Positions 1-11,600 of a stretch of DNA of 64,000 nucleotides are shown here, piece after piece (positions within the stretch are counted from its first letter, which is position 1; every line of letters begins with the position of its first letter). The DNA comes from Gnetum montanum (lineage: Eukaryota > Plantae > Gnetophyta): the NCBI GenBank assembly GCA_015680685.1, contig MNCI01001656.1, forward strand, positions 62,001-126,000, read 5' to 3'. The notes under the pieces are model-generated. The model was given only the letters and a program-made list of their open reading frames with translations, was not told the DNA's origin and ran no database searches. The position numbers and the translations under genes were made by a program.

Positions 1-47
1 TGTTGTTGTTTCTGGTACCACTCGATCTAATCAAGCATTTGCACACG
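1..47 (-). pseudogene. Continuation of element C integrase C-terminus, left of the element B insertion
   Basis: Reverse strand reads RVQMLD*IEWYQKQQ. It joins DLESMK*E at 36466-36500 and matches the B integrase tail DLDSMEEERVRALDQIEWYQRKQR. Confidence 0.85.
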
Positions 48-1084
48 TGAGACACCACAAAATTTCAGCGTAACACTTTGAAACAAGAAAAAACCAGTGC
101 CTCAACACCTGGAGGTTCAAACATCAGACTAATGTGCATGAATCTTGTCATGCACACCAAGGCCATGCTCAAGTCACGCTACCAATGTACGTGCAGCGTG
201 CGCACAGCCTGCGTACAATGTGTGCAACCTTCGGAGCTTTCAAATCAGGTTAAACTAATCCTAATTTGAATGGGCAAGATTCCCTTAGGGCCCACTAATG
301 ATTATTCCAAGTTTCAGCATCTAAAATCCAAGATTTCAAGTCAAAATTGCACAAATCTTGCTACTCATGCTGAGGTCAAGCCTAGGTCACGTTGATAGCA
401 TGAGTCCAACGTGAGTCTTGCATGAGTCCAGCGTGAGTAACTCAAAATAGCCCTAAAATAGTATTAAAATAGCCTAATTTTGAGGGTGAAGGCCCACTCG
501 AGGTCCACTAATGATTGCTCCAGGTCCCAACCCTCAGAATTCTGATTTTGGACCTGAAAATACACCATTTTCAGCACTTACGCCCAGGTCACGTTGAGGT
601 CATTTTGACAGCATGAGCCCAGCATGAGTTGCCAAAATAACTTGAATCAAGGCACAAACAGGCTCAGACTTAGCTTGCAGGTCATCCACAAAGGTAGGCA
701 GCAGTTACACTTGAAAGATAGGTCTCAAAAAATCACAATTTGATGTGAAATGAACCATCCCAGCTTGCTCACACCTAGGTCACACTGACAACTTGAGCCC
801 AGCATGAGTTGCCAAAAGTGGCCTAAATCCAAGCACAGACAAGCTCAAATTGAACATATAGGATGTCCTCAAGGTTGAATAGTAGTTACACTTCAAAAAC
901 AAGTTTTAAAGGTGAAATCTTGATGTAAAATACATCATTTTTGGTCGATCACACTGAGGTCATGCCCAGGTCATGCGAAGGTCACGTTGGCAGCGTGACT
1001 CCAGTGTGAGCACTGGTCATGACCGAGCCAAAGCACTTTAGACACATGATGAGGGCATGCCAGGACAAGATCAACACACGCTGG
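48..1084 (+). repeat. Element B 5' LTR, left part (interrupted by element A)
   Basis: Colinear with 34503-35527. Contains about four degenerate ~190-210 bp subunits rich in AGGTCAYGC and GCRTGAG. Confidence 0.95.
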
Positions 1085-2387
1085 TGTAACAATAGAAAAT
1101 GTCAGTCACTGGAAACACCGAGTGAAATTATGTGTACACAGTTTTAACCCCGGATCTGTACGAGGGCCGTGCTAGAGAAAAAATGAATCTGAGGTGCCCT
1201 AAACAATCTTGTCGATTAGACAGGGACTTCCTCAATCAGTAAATTTGCTAATGACCATATAATGAGGCAACAACTTAATATGAAAACATGTTATCGATTT
1301 ACGAGAAAACGAGATTTGCTCTAAGATCAGATCTCGAAGGTAGTGAAGGTGGTGTAAATTATGCAAAATGATCGTAAAATTCAATATAAACTAGGTTCAA
1401 CGAATTGAACTTTGAACATGCATGATCCCGAGATCCGGGATCTCCCTTTATAGATAAATAGGATAAAGACAATGGGATTTACAAGCAAACTTCGGTTTGG
1501 ATGAGGTATCCACTACAAATAAGAAGCTAATCAGAGATGAAACAAGCAAAGGCTGATCTACCTTGTTCTAGCCAATCTGGGTGTAAGGGAGTTAGACTTG
1601 AAAGTAAAGTATCTACTAACTTGAAATCTCTGGTCAAAGGCTCATGTAGGTCATCGTCGATGCTCTTCTATTGCCAACTCTTTCTCGCCATCTTACCAGT
1701 CTTCACCAAGATAATTTGTCAATAATTTGCCAACAATTGCCAACTGCTACCAATCTCTGCCCCAAAATTGCCAACCCTTTGAGCATTGTCTACCGGGGTA
1801 TTTATAAGATTAGGGTTAGGAGAAGAACATGGTTTAGATGATGCATGTCCTTAGCCCACAAAATACCGTTGACTTGATGTACCATAGCTGGAGTTTGCAG
1901 CATTATGCTGCGCTACGCTCTAGAGCATAATATGTCATAATCTACCCTTGTTTTTAGTGCTACAGGATTTCTAGAGCTTCAGTAACAAACTATCTTGCAA
2001 ATACGCTGCAATATGCTAGGGAGCGTATCGTGGCGTAAGAACCGCTAATGTTTGAATTTTTCTATTTCTGTTGTTGTGATTAAATCAACTGTCTGCTTGC
2101 GTTACACTACGTTATGCTACATTACGTTGCATAGTTAACACGATGTAATATGCCAAAAGTTAAGATTTTCAATCATGGCCAGCTTGCAAAGTTGAAGTGT
2201 TGTTGCTACACATCCCTCATTTCTGTTCTATCTTCTAGAGTCTACTACGCTAAGTTGTGTAGCATAGCGTAGTGGGCCCTTAGTTGAAAAAAGAAGACTT
2301 TCTGAAATGTGCCACTTGTGAAAATCCTTTACCTAGACTTCGAGACTTTGCTAAATCATCAAGGTCTTGAAATTTCACGGTGTTTCA
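1085..2387 (-). repeat. Element A 3' LTR (1303 bp)
   Basis: TGTAAC...TGTTTCA termini; colinear with 16975-18278; adjacent to the PPT. Confidence 0.95.
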
Positions 2388-2402
2388 ATGGCCCCTCTTT
2401 GT
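2388..2402 (-). promoter_or_regulatory. Polypurine tract of element A
   Basis: Minus strand AAAGAGGGGCCAT lies immediately before the 3' LTR start TGAAACA; near-identical to the B PPT. Confidence 0.85.
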
Positions 2403-3590
2403 TGACATTTTGAGGGCTAGCCCAAGAGACGTCGATAAAGAATATGAAACACCACAAAGATAAAGACACCCACATCGTCCATTGGCTGCTGCTCGGATGT
2501 TTCTCTGTCAAGCCTGGAAGTACGAAGGTTGGGAGGGTAAGGAGTAGAAGAGGAATTTGACAGTTGTGAGGGAGGGAGGTTGGGGGAAGACTCAAGTGTG
2601 AGCAGGATATTTCGTAATCATGTCATTAGACAACTTCTCGTGGGTGTTTTCCTGAGAGGTTACACTGCTGCTATATTGTATATGTGGGGCATGCCTGGAC
2701 GAGTTGTGTTATGCCCGTATGGCCTGGATGAGTTGTGTTTCATCCATTTTGCCTATCTTTGCTTGCTCTTTTTTTTTCAGATGTGTTCCATGAGGCTAGT
2801 TGCATTATGCCAGTTCATGGTTGTGATGGTCATTTACGTGCAAAAGACTTCTTGTACGCTCACATTCTATACAAACAGGAGAAGAGAGTAAGGATGGCTA
2901 TAAGGATAGGGGGAGGAGAAAGTAAGATAAGGTGTTTGGTTGGGGGAAAGGTAGGGTCTGCACTCCCAAGTAGCTAGGCCAGTCTGAGCAGCCATCTCAG
3001 AACGCTGTGATACCTCACCCTCCTAGTGAATGCATTTTTGCACAACGCTATCGTAGTAAGTAACCTACAAAACATAATAAAGAACAGATAACAAAAGTAA
3101 TTGTCCTAATCACTGGGGAGGCTGTTGAAATAAGTGTCATCCAAATTGAAAAGGGGAGTGCAGGCCATGGAGAAGGAATCATAGCAAGAGGCACTAGTCC
3201 CTTTATTGATACCATGGCTCAGGAATTCACCGTCGATAGCCAGATTCATCTTATCCAATTGATTGGGCAAAGAACAAGTCAGATGAATCTGCTAAGCCAG
3301 GGCTTGGTGGTAGTGACGGTCAAAGGCAACCAAGGCTATGGGTGACCATAGTTTCCTTGGAGCTCCAAGTGATAAAGCTGACCCCAAGATTTGCAACTAT
3401 AGAGTGGTCATCATAGCGGGATCTCTGAGGGGTTAGTAGTATGCCTTTTGGTATATCCAATGAATCAGTAGCATGCCAGGAGGGTAGTAGCGCTGCATTT
3501 GTTCCAACATCCTATCTGTTCTACCTGGTAGGGATGCTGTGCAAGAATGATCAGGCTCACTTGCTTCGTGGGTAGTCTATTGGTAGCTTC

Positions 3591-3983
3591 TAGTTTTAAG
3601 TCTTGGTAGACACTTATTGCTGGTTTTAAGTCCTAGTAGACCATGGTCCTGGTTTAAAGTCTGGGCAGACTGAAGTGTGCTATTTTTATGTCATAGTAGA
3701 CAGTGGAAGAACTAGTTTATGATCCTAGCAGACCATGCTGTGGGTGTCAGTTTTGTGTCATGACCCAGGGACAAGTCTGTGCTGGTTTAACATCTCAGTA
3801 GACAGATGCTTACCTTGCCAGTTTCACATTGTGGAAAATAGTTGAAAAATTTGCCAGTTTAGCATCATGGCAGACGTGTGCAAGAAATGCCAGTTTTATG
3901 TCGTAGCTGACGTGTACAACACTGTCAATTTTATGTTGTAGTGGACATTTACTACAACACTAATTTTACATCATAGTAGATGT
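3591..3983 (-). repeat. 3' UTR array of element A: 12 units of a GTC-N6-GAC-NNWAAACY motif, period 29-36 bp
   Basis: Unit starts on the plus strand: 3591, 3621, 3650, 3681, 3713, 3748, 3783, 3819, 3855, 3891, 3926, 3961. The core is conserved and the linkers vary. Confidence 0.9.
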
Positions 3984-4014
3984 TTGTTACCTTGCATTTG
4001 AGCCGAGCTGATGT

Positions 4015-7000
4015 CTAGATGTGCTACTACTTCATGTACATGTGATTCACCAGGTTTGGGAGTTCGTTGTCGTTGATATCTACTAGCTTAAATGCTCTAT
4101 TGTCATATGCGTTGACGACTAGGAAAGGGCCTTCCCAACTTGCAAAGAATTTGCTCACTGGTTCACGAATGGCCTTAAGAACTAAGTCTCCTTTCTTGAT
4201 CGGTTGTTGATGCAAGTTGTAATGATGCTTCTATTTTTGCCTGTCCTGATATCTTTCAATGCTGTTGAGCATCTAGATGCATTTCTCCTAATCCGGGACT
4301 CATTGTGTTGAGTCTCATTTATAATCATGGAGAGGATCATCCATAGTGAGGGAACCTATAGTTCCAGAGGCAACACTGATTCAAACTTGTAGACTAGGCT
4401 GTAGGGTGTCCTACCGGTAGCTGTTCTACATGTTGTACGATAGGCCCATAACACATAGAAGATTTTTTAATGCCATTGTTTTTTGTTGTTGTTGAGCATA
4501 TTTTTCAGTAAATTGATGATCACCTTGTTTGTTGCCTCTACTTAACCATTTGCTTGTGAGTAATAAGGTGAGGAAAAAGATTGCTTGATACCAAGGTTAT
4601 CGTAGAAAGATTTTGTTTCGGTGCTACTAAATTATGGCCCATTGTCGGTCACAATAGTTATGGGAAGCCCAAACCTAGCTACTATGTTATCCAAGATAAA
4701 ATAGAAAAATTGTTGAGATGTAGTCTTTCATAGGGGAATAGCCTCGACCCACTTCGTGAAGTACTTAGTGGTAGTGATAATGAAGCTATGTCCTATAGAA
4801 GACTTAGGCATGATGGGGCCTATGATATCTAGTCCCCATCGTTGGAATGGCCAAGTGATTTGTATAGTATGCAATTCAGTTGGTGACATGTGTATTAAAT
4901 TTGCGTAACATTGGCATGTGTCACATGTCTTAACCTTGGTAAGGTAGTCTCATTCCATGTACAGCTAGTAATACCCTAAGCATATGATTTTAGCGGCCAT
5001 GGCTCGTGAGGCTATGTGTCCTCCACATAGTCCTTCATGGACTTCACTAACTATCCTTTGCACTTGGTTGTTATTAACGTACGTTAGCAATACCCCATCA
5101 AAAGATTGTCTCCATAGAGTATTGTCTCTGATGATGACGTATTGCTTGGCATGCTTGTGGATTGCATCTTTTTGTGTAGGTGTTAACTCGTGCAGTGGTT
5201 CGCCATGCAGAAGGTAGGTTTTAATGTTGTCGTACCATTTTGGTGTTCCTCCCGTATTTAGAGAAGAGATTTGCACCGCTTGAATGATAGGGTCTGTACA
5301 TTCTATCATTAAAGCAGGCAAGGTGGCAAACAAATGTGGTGGCATGTTTAAAGCTAATGTAGCTAGTGCATCAGCTACAGTGTTCTCATTACGCGGCACA
5401 TGCCGGACATCAGTCATTGTGAATTATTTTAGAAGATCTTTAGCCATGTCACAGTAGGGCTACAGGTGCACAGCTTTATAGGCATAGACTCCTATGATTT
5501 GATTGAGAATGAGCATCAAATCACTTCAGATTGCCATGTGTTGAATGTTGAGTTCCTTGGCTATTAACAGTCCTTTGAGGGGCCTCTCGTACTTTGCCAC
5601 ATTGTTCGTACAAGGAAACGCTAGGCGGTAAGCCAATGGGCAAACATCCTTAGGGGAGAGCGTAATGATGGTGGTAGCACTGCCACCTTTGGTAGTTGAA
5701 GCTCCATTGAAGTATAATGTCACTTTGAGGCCTGTTGATACAAGGCTTAAACTATGTACATGTTCATTAGGAAACTTAGGCTCTATCATGGCTTGATCGT
5801 TAACGAGTGATGTTACAAGCTGGTTAGCTATCGCTTGGCCTTTCGTGGAAGATTAGCCAATGTAGTGTAAGTCAAATTCTGTTGTGATGGCTTTCCAGTG
5901 GGCTATCCTACTACTCTCATATAAATTATTTGCAATGGCTGGAAAAATGTTATTTTTGCAAATTATGTTAACTTGGCTGTGGAAAAGATAGTGTCTACAT
6001 TTTTTTAGCGTAAACACCAATGCCAAATAGTTACGCTCTACTTCATTGTACCTCGTTGTGTATGCAAATAGAGCATGAATTAGATAATAAATAGGAACTT
6101 CTAACCCATCATCCCTTTTTTAGCACAACAATGCAGCTATAGAAACATATGAGTTTTCCAGGTAGATGTAGAAAGGATGATCCCTTTGTGGCAAGAAAAT
6201 CATTGGCAAGTGTAGCAGCTCTTTCTTTAGGTTGTCAAATGCACACTGGCAATCTGAGGTCCATTCGAAGTTAACTCCCTTCTTGAGCAGATATTGCATA
6301 GGAAGTAATTTGTCTTTAACTTCAAGATGAACCTCCTAATAAATTGTAACCTACCCTGCAACCCACATAGTTCTTTGAGGTCTATAGATGGTGCCAGGTT
6401 AATGATAGCCTTGACCTTGTCGGGGTCAACTTGTATGCTAGCCTCCGATACCACAAATCCCAACATGCATCTAGTCTTGACTCTGAACACATAGTTTCTT
6501 GGGTTGAGATGTAGTTTGTGCCTATGACATTGTTTAAGGATTATCTCCAGATCCTTAGGGTGATCTTCTGACTTTCTAGATTTGACAACTATGTTGTCTA
6601 CGTAGTCGTTCAATCTCTCTAAGAGGTAATCACTAAAGATGTATGTCATGGCATGTTGATAAGCTACTGTAGTGTTTTTTAGCTTGAAAGGCATCATGGT
6701 GTAACAGAAAGTGCCCCAGGGGATCATGAAAGTTGTAGTCAGTTGATGTTCTGGGTTAATACGAATTTGATTATACCCTAAAAACCCATCCATGAAGGAT
6801 AGTAATGCGTGATCTACCATTGTATCAATAAGTTGGTCAATACCTAGTAATGTGAAATTGTCCTTAATTGTTGCCTTGTTCAGATTGCGAAAGTCTGGAC
6901 AGATGTGTATTCCTCCCATTTTCTTAGAGACAACAACAATGTTTGACACCCAATCTAAATAATCAACCATGTGGATGAAACAAACTAGATATATCTTAGT

Positions 7001-7462
7001 GATTTCATCATGCACTACTAGTGCGATTTCAGGTTTATTCTTCTGTGCTTTCTATTTAACTACTTTGATATGAGGGTCTAAAACTATGTTGTGCTGTATT
7101 AGTCTCGGGTCTAAACCCAACATGTCTTCGTATGATCATGCGAATACTACAATGTTATTTTGGAGCACCTGAAGTATGTTGCTCTACATTTGTTGGTCAA
7201 GGAGAGAACTAACTTTCAGAGTTTTACTTTCTCCTTTGTGCATAACCATAGGGACCTCAGTAAGGGGATTCTCGGTCACATCACCTGCCTCCAGGTCTAA
7301 GGTTCCGGCCAAATGTTCTAGCCAGTCTAGGGATATTTTCGATGTTGCTATGGTTATGTCATAAAGGGAAGCATTAGTTCCTATCAGTGCAAGATTAAGC
7401 TGTCTAATAGTTTCCCAATAAGGACTTGTTAGGGCTAGGGGTGTAAGTAAAGCTTTATCCAT
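4015..7462 (-). pseudogene. pol: Element A pol: RT, RNase H, additional archaeal-type RNase H (aRH), integrase; contains stops and frameshifts
   Basis: RT: SFMDGFLGYNQI, YTMMPF, DYVDNIVVKS. aRH: LYFNGAS...CTNNVAKYE...HVPRNENTVADALA. INT: VHEGLCGGH, WPFQRWGLDIIGP, WEGPFLV. Confidence 0.95.
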
Positions 7463-8680
7463 TTACAAATTAACCTGCAAAAACTACCAAGAACGGAAGT
7501 TATTACATTTTTTTTTGTCAATCTAGTGAAATGATAGAAGGTTTTTTAGAGGTGTGTGTTAAAAAGGTTTCAAGTTTAAGGTCTTAGTAGACCATTACAA
7601 TATACACAGTTTGTAAGAAAATAGTAAGCTAGGTTTCCTAGATATTAGCGTAAGACTTTTTTGTGAACTATGATGAAAGGTATATCAAGGTGTGCCTAGC
7701 ATGTCAAAACAACTAATTTAGGATTTCGTACAGACCGTAGTTAATGCAACCGGATTACGAGATGATGAACTATAGGTTAGTTTAGGGTCTTTTCGGACCA
7801 CAATTAATGAGATATCTACGAGATTAATGTTGTGATCTTCACGCTTCATGTCGCATTGACATACTTCTATTTTAGGAAAGTTCCACATTGATCAGACATG
7901 AAAAATAGCTAGTTTCGACCATCATGTTTATAAGTCGATGGTTCATCCCTAAAGCAGACTGTAAACATCATGAATTTAAATTAGGCTAAAGTAGAAGGAA
8001 AGCAGAAGGAAGGCGTAAGTAGATGATTTTGTAAAGTTGTTTAGGCGTAGCCATGGCACTGAAGACCAAAGGCAAACATGCCAAATTGATGAAGATTGAT
8101 AAAGTGTAGGAGAGTTTGGAGCGGATTTCAAAGGCCTGAGTTGAGACTCAGGAGGCTACCCCACTTGCCCAGTAGGTCATTTTTTACCTTCCCTACATGA
8201 TTGTTATTTTCATTATTATGGCATCATAATTGTATTTGTTTTGAAGATGTGTATGATGTTGAGTGTTGATACCTACTTGTGCGGGCTAAGCTATTATAGC
8301 TTGTAGTATTACCCCCATCGCCGTTGTTAGAGACATACCTTGCACCGTTGTAAGGGTTTGGGTGATCTTGGGTAATATTGTACAAACACAATGCATAACT
8401 AGAGGAAACCAGATGTTGTACCCTTATGTAGTGTAAATAGGATTTCATTGTCTTGCCCGTAACGGTTGCATGTTATGCTGGGATAAAATGCGGTGTTACC
8501 TTTATCACCGTTGTCAGAGATAGACCTTGCACCGTGGCAAGGGTTTGGGTAGTTTTGGTAATGCATTTCTAGTGTAACATGTAATTTTCTGGGAGTTGAG
8601 GCAATGAGAACCTTAGTGTTGCGTAATGGATTTTTATTTCTAAGTTGTTTGTCTAATGGTAATGCATTTTATTGTAAAAG

Positions 8681-11600
8681 GATTATGCTAAAGCCCGTCC
8701 TGATCATCTTGGACATTGTTGGCATTTTGTGCTGTTTACATGTCCCCGTGCCCAATGTTCCTCCTCCTCATGATCGTGTAGGGGAGGAGGTGGTTTGGTT
8801 CCAAAAAGGTGCATAGGAGTTTTTGTAGTTTTTGTTGTGTAATTTCAGCATAATTATCTGGTTACATCTATTGGCTGAGACATCTGCCGCCATTCCGGAG
8901 ATGCTACTGGTTGGATCAACGCAGAGCATCTTAATGTTTCTGGTGGATGGTTCAATCGAAACTGTGAGGGAACAAGACCGTGAACAAAGTGCCAAGTGTT
9001 TGAGGCATTTATCTTAGATCTAGAAGATTCCTAGGTTTGATTGTTATCACGCCTACAACACACTGTTCGTGGCTCATCATCTCACAACCTATTTCCAGAA
9101 TCCACCTAGCATCATGTATTATGTAGGTAAGTAAGTGTTTTCATGGTGTTATGATGTGCTAACCATTGTTTGAATTTGTGTCAAGTATAAACAATTATCT
9201 ACATTCTATGATGTAGGTTTTTTTTATCAATGAGCATGGTCTCCAAGGTGATAAGGACATGTTATCTATGGCTGAAATAGCCATAAAGGAATTCACTTCC
9301 ATCGACAATGTGCATGCCGGTGTCCTAGGACAACTAGGATTTGAAATCCCACACTACCCTGTCCACTATGTCAGATTCTTTTCCAAGTGTAAAAGCTCTG
9401 GATGGCTAGATAAGGAGTGGACTTTGGATCGTCTTATCACCATTGAGGACGTGCAAGAGAAAATCCCACCATTTCTTTTACCCTTTGGATGCGGTAAATT
9501 ACGCTATGGTGGTCTACTGTATAATCTTATGGAATGGGGAAAATGTATGAAATTGTATTATTTTGTTGTGTTGTATAAACTGTTGTTTCATGTTCACAGT
9601 TAGGGAATCACGGGAGGTCACGGCGATAGCTTCTGGGCATGAGGTGAGCAGTCTCTTCTTAGGTTATGGTGACATAAAAAATACAAGATTGGCTCTTCCA
9701 TTGAGCGGCCCCAGCTGCCATAACCAATAAACTCTGGGAAGCTGGACTGATGGAGCTATTTTTGGCTATAACCCTTGATGTTACTGCAGCTGAAATGTTA
9801 ACCCTAGTTGACTCCTTCAGCAAAAATGCCAAGCATCTTGACATGCGCGTGCATAACGTGTGTGTGAGTTTTGATATTAACACTTGACAGTTCATCAACT
9901 TTTTCAGCGTTCCTTCTAATGGCCCTCCAGTAGAAGAAAGGTCAAAGAGGGGTTCTAAGCATCAAAAGGACATAGAAGAGTGGCTAGAGGTTAAAAAGAA
10001 ATCAAAAGACATCCTTGCTGATAAAATCAAGCTAGAGGTGGCTAATATCATTTATCCCCTCTTCTGAGCTTGTGCCTTCCCCAAGATGTTCTCCCAAGGA
10101 AGAATCCTTACCATAGAGTAGGCTCAGATCATGCGGGAGGTCATGGAGGAGGGAACATAGTATAATTGGGCTAGTTACCTCGCTGAAGATCTGCAGGCTA
10201 AAATGGTCAAGCTTCGCAAGAAGCTTGAGTCTCATTTCAATGTGCATTTCATCTTTTTCATAGCTTGCTTTTGGCATTTTGCCGAATTCCTGGTGGTTCA
10301 TAGGGATGGAGTCTAGGTGTAGCAAGATCGTAACTAGGTTTCCAAATCGTGGATTTCCTAGGTTTTTTCTACCATTCAATCCCAAGATTCCCCTGAAGGT
10401 ATCGGAGAGTTGCTTTCACTTACGACTAAGGATCTGGTGGCACCTCCCACACGGGGCCAAGAGAATGTGAGTGGGGTGCTCCCTTCTTACACCAGCAGTG
10501 TGTTGAGGGGGAAGTGCTTGGTAGTGAAAATAGTGACTTCACCAATTCAGCAGAAGAAGCATAATCCAACCGTGGAGTCTACTGGCCCGACTGGTGAAGA
10601 GGGAATTAAGTTTCATAGGAATGATCCTCTGGTTGGTAAGTAGAAGAATGCGTGATTAGTTTATATATGTATTATGCTATGTATAGATGTCATTGCATCA
10701 CGTAGCATTTGTAAAAAGTAAATAAAGTTTTGCTTTGGCTAACTGTGTTGTTTGACAAAGAAAGGAAGAGATGTAGAGGAGTTGATCCCTGAAACAGGGG
10801 CCCTAGTTTTATGGTGTGGAGAAGGGGCCCCAGTTTTAGAAGAGGAAGCCCTTGTTAGTAACATAAGCAGCACACAGGTTCCTATGCCTGAAGGAGAGAC
10901 AGGAGTAGAGGATGCTGAGGTCCTTTTGGATGAGCTAGGAAAAAAGAAGCGGTTTGTCACTAGTGAGTTTGACCTTTCCTCAGAGGGAAAACCTCACGCT
11001 ACTATCCTTGAGGATTTTGTTGAATTAATTTTTGCGTTATCGTAATGCCTCAATCGCCTTGATGCATATCGTGCTATGTCTAACTCATTTTGTTCACGTA
11101 GTAGGCACTTTTGATAATAGTGGTGCACCTTTGTCAATAACCCCAACTTAGCATTGGGATGAGACTCCTGATAAATTCACCTTTATGGAGGGCATCGTGA
11201 ACAATATGATCAATCACCTAGAGCGAATCGATCCTAAAATTGGTACATCACTATCATTACACAGGGATTGTTGGCATTGTGACATTGTGTTATTTTGTTG
11301 CATCTAACTGTTATTTTTTATGTTACAGGATGTCACCTTAGATGGGATCCCAAAGAGCCCATTGACATAGAAACTACCCTTGAACCCTCACTAGAGGTGA
11401 TCGAAGTGCCACGTAGCCTTTATGATGAAATGCATAAATGTATGTTATGCTTGGTCCACTCTTTATGGGAGTGTCAGAACCTCAACGAAGATCTTTGGAA
11501 GAGGTTGCAGAAAGAAGAAAAGGAGAAGATGGCATTAACTAATAGGGTTGAGGACGTGGAGTCTCAAAATGAATTTCTGCAAGCTCGGGAGACCAATGAT

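Noticed and set aside
3591-3983. CRISPR-like appearance of the repeat/variable-linker arrays
   Set aside because: The repeats are degenerate, the linkers are only ~8-17 nt, there are no cas genes, and the context is a plant retroelement. Reported instead as a hairpin array.
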